DNA of 63,487 nt, counting the filler, from Basidiobolus meristosporus CBS 931.73 (lineage: Eukaryota > Fungi > Basidiobolomycota), in assembly GCA_002104905.1 (NCBI GenBank). It is 3 parts of 3 records of this genome, joined end to end, with 100 filler letters (N's around TTAATTAATTAA, not from the genome) between each part and the next. Parts side by side here need not be neighbours in the genome. Positions count along the whole stretch, not along the records: positions 24,941 to 51,680 come from MCFE01000913.1; 2 more parts are not named here. One strand, written 5' to 3'. The translations under genes and the position numbers were made by a program. Positions within the stretch are counted from its first letter, which is position 1. Each line of letters starts with the position of its first letter. A model generated the notes under the pieces. The model saw only the letters and a program-made list of their open reading frames with translations. It ran no database searches and was not told the origin of the DNA. Of the stretch, positions 35,420 through 47,307 are shown one piece after another.

Positions 35420-38400
35420 TTTAATGATCTGATGCTTGAATGTCCAAATTAGATCAATTTTTAGTCAAATCAATTAGTTTTAGGTTTAGCCTGTTAATAT
35501 ATCAGTATTATCTATCAAACCATTAGTAATTGTCATTAGATGAATTAGCAGATCCTATCAGACTGGAGTAGATACATTAAGTAAGGCCTAATTGGGTGAT
35601 GATCAGGCAATCCAATGAATCATTGGACACTACATACATTAGGAAATACAATTAGTCAGCAATTGAGCTGGTAAAATATATACAAAAAGCTGCTGGAACC
35701 TCAATAAAGAGTGTGAGTACTAAATGTAGTACCCACTCTTTGCCCAAGAGTTCTCCCCAGAGTCCTGCCCAAGGTCCCCCAATATCCTCCCTATGATTCC
35801 CATACACATCTGCCCTCCTATTCCTGTGTTTATCTAGTTAGAACACTTACCATAACAGGAAGGTGTTCACAGCCCTATTTTATAACACATTATCTATTTT
35901 CTAAGCCCTCTAAGTGACATATATATGTCCAATTGAACCAAGTGTGAGAACAACAAGATTTGGACAGAATAAACACAAGTCTTAATTACCATGCTATTTT
36001 CTATGGGAAGCTATTCTGAACCTAGTGGTACTGACTTGACCTACAAGCACTCCTACTCACCAGGTTCAGTAAGTAGTAACCCACAAAGAGCAGTTCAAGC
36101 TGTAGTGAATACAATACTATCTAAACTCCCTGTTCTTCTGCAGCTCTTATATCAAGAATGGTAGCATTAGCAATGCAATAACCATAAAACTCCCTCCTGA
36201 AGATAAACAAAGCCACTCCCAAGATTTCAGAAACTCAAAAATGGCAGAATGCTACAATGTAAATCTTGGTCAGCAGTAACTCCAGATATTTGGCCAGCAT
36301 CAGTAAGGGATAACTACCATGATCCAGAATTAGCAAAGCCCTTTCAGGAGCAACTTTAGTGTCAAGGTCAACCAGTACCATGGTAGAGTTAATGAAACCT
36401 GGGAACCTGGCTGTTTCAAGATGAGAAACCATATACCTCAGAAAGCAAGTTGCATTATGCAGCTTCTTATTTGGCCAATGTAGACTTGCAGTGGTACTGC
36501 AACAAGACAAGGTCAGCTGCAATGATGGGATGCTCAATTATCTCTACCTTTTTGAGTATCCACACCATTATACATTGCTAAAGCAGAAGCTGTAAACACT
36601 CAGACAGAAAGGAATGGATCACAAATACATATATGAGCTTAGATGTCTAATTGAACAGATTGAAAGAATGGATCCTGTTGATCATGTTGAAAATATACTA
36701 ATTAGTTGAAATAAAGCATTTGCAAGCAAGGGAGTTATCAAAGACCACAGACTATTGAAGAAGCCACAAATATTGTCATTAACTATTACTCTGCTATGCT
36801 TGGAGTTGGATAGCCTGCAGCAATTAATTAGAAATGCTACAATCATAATTATATTATTCCAGAAGTCACATTTCATATGATAGAGGAACACCTAAATCAA
36901 GTGACCTCAAACTCAGGAAAACCATTATACCTGAGTGGAGAAGTCATGGAGTACATGCCAAGAGCATGATTGACTCAGGAGCATCATATGAGTACATATC
37001 AGAAAGATTTGCCATCAAAGCTGGGATCAACTCAGAACCTATTGAATCAGCATCAGTTTCAACAGCTGATAGGAACTCTAACAGAATAGGCTGCATTACT
37101 CAGCCAGTGAATGATTCTCAATGACTATGAAGAAGACCTACAGGCCTACATATTTGGAAACTGCAAATTTGGCCTTGGACTTCAAAAAATATGGCTGTTC
37201 AACTATCATTCATCAAACAAATGGAGAACCCATGACACTAAGGTCCAAAAAGGAACCAGGCCTATGAACCACTATCTGCCAGGTTGGATTTAAACATGGT
37301 CAATCTCAGTTTGTCTGACACAAGTAAACTTGGCAAGTCACAGTTTTGTTGTATACCTAACTAAGCTACTGTGAAGAATAAATACCACATACCTAGGATT
37401 GATGAGCCTTTGGACCAACTCAAGGGAGCTGCCATATTCAGCAAAATTGACCTCATGTCAGGATAAAATCAGATTTGTTGAAGGCCAAAGATATCTCAAA
37501 GACAGCATTCAGAACCAGATATGGACATTTACCCTTCAGCATTTCAGAACGCCAATTGTTTCTGAGGAAGGTCTCCCATTATTGAAGATATGCCAAGTTC
37601 TGTGCAAGTATTGCAGCTCCATTGAATGATATTGTCAAGAAAGAGAACACCTTGATGTGGAACATAGCCTCAGAGACTACATTTCAGATACTCAAGAATT
37701 AGAGTGCCAAGCTGATAAGCTCAATTCAAGCAGATTGTCCAGGATGAAGCTAGCAAATTTGAAGTACAGGATGAAATAATCTAGCAAGTTGTAGATTGAG
37801 GCCTAATTGCCTACTGCACCTGTGATGTTTGCCTAGATTTTATACTTACGCTTCACAATGGCTATGGAAGTCCTGGAATTGAAAGAATCTATAGCCTTGT
37901 AATTGCTGGAGCATGTTGCTCCAGAATAAACATGCTATTGAGAATCTTGCAAAAACATGATGAAGTTGGCAAATAACCAAAGTGAACCATAGAAAATTGC
38001 TGAACTCTCTCCCTTGCAGTGAGCCAGAATGCTTGAGAGAAGGGAAATTGACTGTCTTGGAAGACTGCCCACTGCAAGAAAATGCAATTGGTAGATTTTA
38101 TGAGCAACTGGCCATGCCGCCAAATGGCTATTGGCTAGTGCTGTACTTGTAGCCAGTAAATAAGAAGTTGTAAGTTTCATCTCTATGAGATCCTGATGAA
38201 GTTTAGATACCATGTGCAAAAGTATCTGATAGAGGCTCCAACTTTTATGTCTAAAACATTGTAAGCATACCTGGAAATGCAGCAGGTCAGATATTTGAAA
38301 ACCTCAGCATAATACCCTGCAACTGATGGAGTTACTATGCAGTTTAATGGATTATTTGGAGAAAAGTTGCCCAAGTATATAAATGGAGTGGTAGGTCAAT

Positions 38401-39301
38401 TGGGTAAGTATATTGATCAATGCAGCCTGCCTGCAGAGTTGGGTGCACAACACTATCCATAAATTGACATTCTACTCAGTCTATGCATGTTAACCAAGGA
38501 TTCCAGGAGATCTCACACAGCCAAAACTCACTGGCAACTTGTAAGATGAGCTAAGTCTGCATAGTAGTCACCAGTATTTAAAACAAGATCATCAGGAGTT
38601 ACAGGCCAAAATCTCTAAAAGCGCAGAAAAAATGAAGCAGAGGTTTGATAAGACTATGTCACCATAGGCCTTGACAGTTAGGAACCTTGAGCTGCTAAGA
38701 AACAACACTAAGTAAAAGTTTGAGTCCTAATGGAGAGGACCACTCAAGATCTTCAGAGAATGTCCATTTGCTACTTACTAATAGTAGATAGGCAAGGTAC
38801 TATCCAGGACAATCTAGGTCAAAGAGCCAGTTCCAAGCATGCAAGACTTACTGACAATGCTGAACCATCAAGGCACTGGCTGCACAAGTAGATAGATTCA
38901 AGAGAGCCCTTTCAACCTGAGCAGGGAAGTATATATTTACCAGCAGCTTGGGTGTTCAAGTTAGATCTGTATTTAGTCAAATCAGTTAGTTTACTTTTGA
39001 ACTAGCTGCATATTAATATTATATTTGAAATCAGTAGTGTTAGTTGCCAGATCAATCATCAGATCCTTATCGGCAAGAAGTAGATGTAATAAGTAGGATC
39101 AAATTGGGTGATGATGCTGCAATCAAATAGGTCATCAGCCAAAAGCTACATTAAGCAATACAATTAGTCAGCAATTGGTCTGACAAAATACACATATGTG
39201 AAGCTGCTGAGACCTCAACAAAAAGCAATTCAAGCTTTAGTTGTTATAATGTAGTCTAAATTCCTTATTCCTCTACAACTCATATATCAAGACTTGAGAC
39301 A
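35420..39301 (+). mobile_element. Decayed Ty3/gypsy LTR retrotransposon, same family as the 49119 element
   Basis: Two LTRs (about 35420-36170, interrupted, and about 38930-39301) are homologous to 49119-49486. Internal remnants of gag (TTTAGTGTCAAGGTCAACCAGTACCATGG), protease (ATGATTGACTCAGGAGCA) and RT carry many stops and deletions. Confidence 0.85.
35712..36085. mobile_element. Solo LTR (374 bp) of another family inserted into the gypsy 5' LTR; TSD AAGAG
   Basis: TG...CA termini (TGTGAGTACT / AGTAACCCACA). AAGAG at 35707-11 and 36086-90. Removing it restores CCTCAATAAAGA-CAGTTCAAG as in the intact gypsy LTR. Confidence 0.85.
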
Positions 39302-42300
39302 AGTAATCACTTGGCCAGTGAGAATATTATAACATGGAAACACTCTTTTGGCAACCAAACATCATCCCTTTTATCAATATAGTAACTTGCTGATTAATAT
39401 TATCATTGCTACCTGCTGCAACCTGAATTCCCAATCCCAGGTCACAAAACACTCCCACAAAACTTTGCTGACAGCAAACTAATAAGGTAGCACTGTTTGG
39501 CAGGAATAATCTCTATGGAAGGTAACTTGGTCCCACAAGTATATCCAATTTGGATCAGCCATAAAGATCTTGCAAAGCATCTGTCCTAACACTAGCAGCT
39601 TGGAATTCTTGTCCCACCTTACAATCTTATGAAGGGTTTTTGACAGTGCCTGGCTGATTCTACTGCTAAATTGATAAGTGAACATGATTGTGATTAGGCA
39701 GTTTGTTAATGGGATTTGAATGGCATTCTGGTGGTCTCATTACATCATTCAATTATTTAAGCAGACCCAACCAACTGGTACATCCAATTACCATATATTG
39801 AAAAGAAACTGAGTACACTGTGTCAACCTTAATACAGGCATCTGTTGGCTTTATAACAGCAGTGTGGTGGCCTACAGCTAGTCCTGTGTATTGCTACCAT
39901 ACCAATCAACAAATGCTATTTCCTATTGTTACCTCCACTGGAGCCATACAAATATTTCAGTGTAGAATCACAGCTATCTATTTGTTTATCCACATATAGT
40001 ATGACTCCAAAAATACCATGGCCTCCTTTTTACAAACCTTTACAAACACACACACCCTTTACAATTGAGAAATTTCTATCACCTTGGCATTACAGCTTCT
40101 CAGTGAGATAATTGCAAAGTTAACACATATCCGGTATTGCTGGAAGCACATGAATCTTGTAAACATATGCATATTTGCCACAACTATTGGTATGAAAACC
40201 CCTTGAATATCCTCCAAATACATGAAGTAATAGGCCAATATATTCCTTCTCCCTGCTGGATTAAAGTTCTCCTTGTGGATATGCTTTGGTTCTCTTTGTA
40301 TTGGTTCCATGTTGAATGGTCCAGAAATTGGCTTGTACCCAGGAGAAGCCTGGCATACTTTGGTAAAGTTGTCCCAATAAGAATTAGTTGCTTGTTGCAT
40401 CCAGCCCAGCTTCAACAATTGACTGATTACCCATACATATGGACAGCTAGGCTTCTTGGTGCCATCAGCATGGGTGTCTCTATGTGCACATTTGCCCTCA
40501 ATATTCTACAACTCTTCTTTACAGTCCTGCAGATGTGAACTCACAACATCCATGACAGAATTGGAGGTGATATTCTTGTTAAAATTGTGATAGGGTATTA
40601 TCTGCAACCTGCCTGATTTCCCTATCTTCCCACCCATTGGCTCCAAAGAAAACTCCCCAAATCTGAGGCAAGGATCATTTTCTCAACTGACCAAGTAAGA
40701 TTGAGTAGAAAATATATGTAGTTATATCAGAGATCTATACACTCTGCTTTATGTTGGCAGTATAGCCATTCAAGTCCTGTGAAAAACTCCTTGCATAAAA
40801 TTTGTGGATGCCTCAAGCTGGCATTGGTGATTGGCTTTTGAATATATACTCCTGCACATTTAGATACAAATCACCATGCTCTCAACATACTATTAATGGA
40901 AATTACTTTGGAAGGCCACTTGAACTAATGCATAATCAGCTTATACAGTCCTTGCACTTTTATTGTTGCATATCATATGAATACTGAATGGAGCTAGCCA
41001 GAAATACCTTAGGCATCATATATTTTATAATGTCTTGCTAATTCTTCAAACCTCTCTGGCATTTTAAATGGGCAACTTAGCTTGAATTGCACCATGTATA
41101 ACTTGGCCATAAGCATAGGGATATTGTTGAGGATTAAGAGCACTGCTCTCAGTGGAAAGCATTTGCACCAACAGATTCCCACTTCTATGATATCTCTTAT
41201 TTCTGGTTAGTTCAACATTATGGCTAAGATGATGTTCCTGATATTGGTGTTGGAATAAAAGTTATGTGTGTGGGTTAGGGAGTAAATGGCTGAGTCTTGT
41301 ACATTTGACAAAAATACTGTTTCTTGTGCCCATAAAATGCAGATATCTTGCTAATGGCTGAGGTATCTCCAATGAGCATAGTAATATACCCTCTTATATG
41401 AGGGTTATCTACCAGTATTGTGCTAGATAGCCTCCAAAGTTCATCCAGCAATAGACACAAGTAACTATCCAGGCTAGACAGTTATTTAGGTCCAGATTGT
41501 AGTGAAACCACTATTAGATATTTGCTCTGATAGTGTTAGATTGGCAGCAGATTCAAGCTGATAACAATCAGTAGCAATTGGGAGTTTCTGGTTAAGATCT
41601 TGCTCAGTGAGAATCCTTCAAGTACCAAGTTAAAGGCATGGTTGTACATACCTTCAGAGTAGCTACTGTATCATAGTTCTTGATAATTTCAGATATCAGG
41701 TGTATTGGAAGTGTTTGTGCTGGAGCACCATTGGGCAAGATACCGCATAGCTTCCCAAAGTTTGTTAGATCCAATAAGCACCCTACTCTCATAGCTCTTG
41801 AGAATAGTGGGATATATCTCTCACTTGGTCTTTTCAGCTGTCTTATATTTGACACCCAATATAAGGGGCCTGGCTGCTCTTGATGTTGTTGTTTTGTCTG
41901 TCAGTGGGATCTGCACTCAGTCTAAAATGGAAAATGTGGAGTAAGTGGTAGACAAATTGCCTTTCTCTGCAAGCTCATGTACCTCACTGATATATAGCTG
42001 GAATGGCTGTGTTTCCAAGTTTTTGATAATATATGCTGTCTTGTGGGTAATTCTTGTTGGCCTTTAAAGGATGCTGCCTGTTCTGGGCTGATGGTGCTTA
42101 TTAGCAAGATTGTAGCTTCTTACTTCCACTTCCCTGTTCTTGCTAAGGTGGAATTATTCCCTTTTACTTAGACTAAGAGCTTCTTGTACTGTACTACACT
42201 TTGTCCTTAATAAATGCTACATTGGTGCATTCTTTTTGTATTCTTGTCCCTTACCAGCAAACCCCTGGTAATTTGGTATTGCTGCATTACTTTTTTGAGC

Positions 42301-43354
42301 AATGAATGCTGTTTGTGGCAGGCTCCTACAAAGTGTTGGGCTTAATAAGTATCGAGTGCTTCACTGCTATGTTGACTGAGTGCATCTTTTATTAACTATG
42401 TTTTTTCCTTGATGTATGCTCCATTGATGCATCTGCTTTGACCTGCTTGTCTCTTTTGAGCACCCATCTGAGTACCTAATGCTTATTTGCTGCTTGTCTT
42501 GAGTGTTCTGCCATGCTTGTAACAAGCTGTTGAGGAAGCCACTGATTTTTAGCCATGGCATCCTTGTACTACTTCCTTTGACAGTTTCCACAGTTCCTGA
42601 GTTACTTTCTTAGCATACCAACACTTGCTTGAGCTGTGGATAATGCTCTTAGAACAATTCAGATACATTCTGCTTGGCCCCTAGTTCTGGTTGGTCCCAT
42701 AGTGTGCCAGCCTTATGGAGATGCCATGCTAGACCTATAATGGCCTCTTCAATATTGCCTACACTACATCTTTGCACCCAATAGCTTCATGAATCCTGAA
42801 TGTCTTGATTTTTAGATTAAGGTGTTAAGATCACAGTCTCCCCCTCCTAGGCTGCAATTGGTTTTTCAGTGCGCATTAACTTTAGGCAGTGTTATCTTTA
42901 TTCAGAGACTGTTAAGTGTTCTTTTCCTGTTAGATGGGCAAATAGCTCAGATTGGGGAGGGTGGCATTGAGCTACTGGAGTTCCTGTTGAAATATTGGAC
43001 TATTTGGTATCATTCAGCAGCTAAAAATTTACTTAACAATTCTAGGCTAGTCTTAGTCACTGCAGGACTCATTTACTGCCTTTACTTCGCCACTTTCTCC
43101 AGATATATGATCTTATGATTATTCCCCTATAGTCAGGATCAAATTAGCACTATTACCAAACATTATGTACTAACCCTGAAACTGTTACAGAATGCTCCTG
43201 AATATTGAGAAACCCTCCCTACTTAGTGTTGCAGCTGTATTACTTCTACAAAGGTATAAATACTGAGCTTCTTTATGAATAAACAACAGTTCAACTATTA
43301 TCACTATTTCTTGATAAGTTCCTTATATCCAAATCACTTCTTAAAATTGCAACA

Positions 43355-43366
43355 GGTTATGAGCCC
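43355..43366 (+). promoter_or_regulatory. Primer-binding site GGTTATGAGCCC (half-tRNA-iMet type, as in Ty5 and Drosophila copia)
   Basis: Lies immediately after the 5' LTR ...AACA. The same motif follows the LTRs of copy 1 (32064-75, minus strand) and copy 3 (48292). Confidence 0.8.
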
Positions 43367-43390
43367 CGATTGCCTTAATCTATTCTAAAG

Positions 43391-46300
43391 ATGACTTCTA
43401 CCAGCAAACAAAGCAATACCAACATCTTCCCTGTAAAGGAGAGGTTTGATGGGAAGAACTACAGACTTTGGAGAATCAAGATGCAGATCCACCTTGAGGA
43501 AAGAAAGCTTTGGAATATAGTAACAGGAAAGGAAGTTGAGCCCAAAGGAACAGCAGAAGATGTGGAGAAGTTTCAAGAGAAGGAGAGAAAGGCCTTCAAT
43601 GCAATATGCATCAATGTGCAAGACTCCTTCATTGGACAAATCCATGCCTCAAATACTGCCAAAGCAGCATGGGAATCCTTGGAGAAGATCTTTAGAGCAA
43701 AGTCAGTATCAAGCAAGCTTTATTTGAAACGAAAGTTCTTCAACATGAGAAAAAAGCCAGATGATGACATGCTACAACTCATTACCAGAATGGAGACACT
43801 TGCAGAAGAACTTTACAGTATTAATGCTGGTGTAGATGATGAAGAGAAGATACTCTGTCTGCTTTGCAGCCTACCAGACAAGTATGAGCCACTCATACTT
43901 TCTTTTGAAAGCAGAGAAGACAACTTGACTTTAGACTATGTCAAAGGAAGACTTCTCCATGAAGAACTCAGATGTAATGACCAAGCAGAGAAAATTGAAG
44001 ATAATGCTTTATTCAGTTCAGAAAGTCATACAGAAAAGAAGGGAAAGCAACAAAACCGAAGAAAACCTGGCTGCTGTAACTACTGTAAGAAGCCAGGACA
44101 CTGGGCAAGAGAATGCAAGAAGAAACAAGCAGACGAAAAACAGAAACTAGAGCAGGCAAACCATATAACTACTGATGAACAGCTATTTGTCACTGTACAA
44201 GAGAGTGCAAGTAACCGAAGTAATGAATGGTATATTGACTCTGGAGCATCACAGCATATTTGTGGTATAAAGGATTGGTTCAGCAACTTAAAGACTATTC
44301 CCGTAAGAAAGGTTTATCTGGGAGATAACTCTGCATTGGAAGCTACCGCCAGTGGGTCCATACAACTAAATATGAGTGATAACTCAGGGGCAACAACAGC
44401 AAAACTGACTGACGTACTCTATGTACCTGGAATAGCTAAGAACCTACTCTCAGTCAGTAAAGCAACTACTCAGGGACTGAAATTCGTTTTTACTAAGCTG
44501 AGCTGCTCAATATTGAGTGAAAATGGACAAAAATTAGCTTTGGGAATCAGAGATCACAATATATACAAGTTACAATGCAAGATCATTGTACCTGAGTATG
44601 TCAACATTGCTGAAACCGATGAAACCAACTGGGAGACGTGGCATAGGAGGCTAGGACACATAGGGGAACAGAAAATGAGCCAATTGGTGAAAAATCAGCT
44701 TGTTTTGGGCCTAAAATACTCAATTCCGATCAAATTGAATGTTTGTAAGGGATGTTCATATGGCAAACAAGCTAGGCAACGTTTCAAGAGCTCAGAAGGC
44801 ATCAATACCACCGAAATATTGGCTATTGTACACTCAGACATATGTGGCCCCATGAGAACACTGTCCTTTGGTGCCAAGAGATACTTTATGACGTTTATTG
44901 ATGACAAGACAAGATATACATGGGTGTACTTCCTCAAAACAAAGGATGAAGCTTTAGAGACGTTTAAGCACTTCAAGAACATGGCAGAAACACAAAATGG
45001 GTGTAAATTGAAGGTACTACGAAGTGACAATGGAGGAGAATACTGCTCAAAGGAGTTTGCAAAATACTGCTTGTCTACTGGTATACTTCAACAGACCACA
45101 GTTCCTCATACTCCACAGCAAAATGGAGTAGCAGAACGTGCAAACAGAACAATAGTAGAGATGGGAAGATCTATGCTACATGATAAGGGAATGGACTACA
45201 AGTTTTGGGCTGAATCTGTTGCTACCGCTGTATACATCAAGAACAGATGCCCAACAACAGCACTACGTGATTCTACACCCTTTGAAGCATATACAGGCAA
45301 AAAACCAGATCTCCAGCACCTCAGGATCTTTGGCAGTGATGTCTTTTATCACATCCCTGACAAAAAACGCTCAAAGTTGGAACCAAAGAGTAGAAAAGGG
45401 ATCTTTCTTGGGTATTGTGAAGGTACTAAAGGGTATAGAGTGTATGATGGCGAAATTCAGAAGCTGATCAAGAGCAGGGACGTTGTATTTGAGGAGAATT
45501 CAGATCAGAAAGCCACAGAAATCATTGGCCAGCTGCCTGATGATGCAATCAACACAAATGAAGAAGATACGTACCAAATCCAGCCAGAGATGGAAGATAC
45601 TTCTACCAGTTCCAGATCAGAACCGATTATCCCAGTTAGGAGATCTACCAGAATAAGAAATGCCCCTGGATCCTGGTGGCAGACATCCAATGATCATGAA
45701 GAAGCTTATCTTGCCTTATGTGCCGAACCTCAGAATCTGGAACAGGCAATGCAAGGTCCAGATGCTACTAAGTGGCAACAAGCCATGCAGGAGGAGTACC
45801 AATCACTGATCAAGGCAAAAACGTGGGAACTGGTAGATTTACCAAATGGGAGAAAGCCAATAGGATGTAGATGGGTCTATAAGATCAAGATAACCTCAAA
45901 TGGTGCCGTTGATAAGTACAAGGCTAGATTGGTAGCTAAAGGCTATTCCCAGATCCAGGGACTAGACTTTAAGGAAACATTTGCTCCGGTTGCCAAGTTT
46001 AACTCTATTAGGACAGTTCTAGCCCTGGCAGCTGTACACAGTCTAGATCTACACCAAATGGACGTCAAAACAGCCTTTCTAAATGGGGATTTGCAAGAAA
46101 CTATATATATGGAGCAACCAGAAGGTTTTACCGATCCAAAAAGCCCCCATAAGGTGTGCAAACTTAGAAAATCGTTGTATGGGCTTAAGCAGGCACCCAG
46201 AGCATGGTATAACAAGATTGACACATATCTAGAGGAAATTGGGTTCTCTCGTAGCACTGCAGATCACAGTATATATGTGAAACAGCTCAAAAAGGGTGTG

Positions 46301-46399
46301 ATCATCCTAGTTCTTTATGTGGACGACCTAATTATAGCTACAAGTGATCAAGAGCACTTAAACAGACGAAATCAGATCTCTTCAGCAAGTTTGAGATGA
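43391..46399 (+). CDS. Copia Gag-Pol polyprotein, part 1 (Gag, zinc knuckle, protease, integrase, RT up to YVDD)
   Basis: CNYCKKPGHWAREC, WYIDSGAS, WHRRLGH...CKGC, VHSDICGP/SDNGGEY/QNGVAER, YKARLVAKG and VLYVDDL. The frame breaks at 46357-46363. Confidence 0.95.
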   Translation: MTSTSKQSNTNIFPVKERFDGKNYRLWRIKMQIHLEERKLWNIVTGKEVEPKGTAEDVEKFQEKERKAFNAICINVQDSFIGQIHASNTAKAAWESLEKIFRAKSVSSKLYLKRKFFNMRKKPDDDMLQLITRMETLAEELYSINAGVDDEEKILCLLCSLPDKYEPLILSFESREDNLTLDYVKGRLLHEELRCNDQAEKIEDNALFSSESHTEKKGKQQNRRKPGCCNYCKKPGHWARECKKKQADEKQKLEQANHITTDEQLFVTVQESASNRSNEWYIDSGASQHICGIKDWFSNLKTIPVRKVYLGDNSALEATASGSIQLNMSDNSGATTAKLTDVLYVPGIAKNLLSVSKATTQGLKFVFTKLSCSILSENGQKLALGIRDHNIYKLQCKIIVPEYVNIAETDETNWETWHRRLGHIGEQKMSQLVKNQLVLGLKYSIPIKLNVCKGCSYGKQARQRFKSSEGINTTEILAIVHSDICGPMRTLSFGAKRYFMTFIDDKTRYTWVYFLKTKDEALETFKHFKNMAETQNGCKLKVLRSDNGGEYCSKEFAKYCLSTGILQQTTVPHTPQQNGVAERANRTIVEMGRSMLHDKGMDYKFWAESVATAVYIKNRCPTTALRDSTPFEAYTGKKPDLQHLRIFGSDVFYHIPDKKRSKLEPKSRKGIFLGYCEGTKGYRVYDGEIQKLIKSRDVVFEENSDQKATEIIGQLPDDAINTNEEDTYQIQPEMEDTSTSSRSEPIIPVRRSTRIRNAPGSWWQTSNDHEEAYLALCAEPQNLEQAMQGPDATKWQQAMQEEYQSLIKAKTWELVDLPNGRKPIGCRWVYKIKITSNGAVDKYKARLVAKGYSQIQGLDFKETFAPVAKFNSIRTVLALAAVHSLDLHQMDVKTAFLNGDLQETIYMEQPEGFTDPKSPHKVCKLRKSLYGLKQAPRAWYNKIDTYLEEIGFSRSTADHSIYVKQLKKGVIILVLYVDDLIIATSDQEHLNRRNQISSASLR

Positions 46400-47307
46400 A
46401 AGATCTTGGAAAATTGAGCTATTTTCTTGGAATTGAGGTCAAATTTGACATACCTACGCAGAAAATTGTGCTGAATCAGTCTAAGTACATCAGGGACATT
46501 CTTAGACGCTTCAAAATGGAAAATTGCAAACCTGCAGCAACCCCTATGGACAATAACCTGAAATTAAGCAAATCTCAGCCAGTTATGGATGAAAACGGCT
46601 CAAATATGGACCAAAACTTTCCCTATCAATCAATGGTCGGTAGCCTAATGTACTTGATGGTGTCTACACGTCCAGATATTGCAGTAGCAGTTGGAATAGT
46701 CAGTCAATTCATGCAGAATTATGGATCAGATCAAATTGCAGCAGTTAAGCGGATTTTCAGATATCTACAAGGTACCATAAATATGGTACTGGAATACTCT
46801 GGAGCAGCTAATAGGCGAAAATTTGATGGTTATAGTGATTCAGATTGGGGTAGAGATCTGATTGACAGACGCTCTACCACAGGCTATGTATTTCTTTATG
46901 CTGGTGCAGCTATTACTTGGAATTGCAAGAAACAACCAACTGTGGCACTATCTACAACTGAAGCCAAATATATGGCTGCATGTCAAGCAACTAAGGAGGC
47001 TATATGGCTACGAAAATTATTCAAAGACTTAGGTTTTAATTCAGGTGAACCAACATGTATTTACAAGGATAATCAAAGTTGTATTTCATTAGCTAGAAAT
47101 CCTACTAATCATGCCAGAACTAAGCACATTGATATACAGCATCACTTTGTGAGGGAAGCTGTAGGAAATAACTTAGTAGAGCTGGTTTACTGCCCAACTG
47201 ACAAAATGGTGGCAGACATATTGACAAAACCACTAGCTAGGCCACAGTTTGAGATCCTTAGAGAGAAATTGGGATTAAGAAATTATTTAGTTGAGGGGGA
47301 GTGTTGA
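46363..47307 (+). CDS. Copia Pol, part 2 (RT thumb and RNase H), in the -1 frame relative to part 1
   Basis: QTKSDLFSKFEMKDLGKLSYFLGIEV...YQSMVGSLMYL...GYSDSDW...DNQSCI...HIDIQHHFVRE...DILTKPL. The stop codon lies in the first bases of the 3' LTR. Confidence 0.93.
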   Translation, partial: QTKSDLFSKFEMKDLGKLSYFLGIEVKFDIPTQKIVLNQSKYIRDILRRFKMENCKPAATPMDNNLKLSKSQPVMDENGSNMDQNFPYQSMVGSLMYLMVSTRPDIAVAVGIVSQFMQNYGSDQIAAVKRIFRYLQGTINMVLEYSGAANRRKFDGYSDSDWGRDLIDRRSTTGYVFLYAGAAITWNCKKQPTVALSTTEAKYMAACQATKEAIWLRKLFKDLGFNSGEPTCIYKDNQSCISLARNPTNHARTKHIDIQHHFVREAVGNNLVELVYCPTDKMVADILTKPLARPQFEILREKLGLRNYLVEGEC

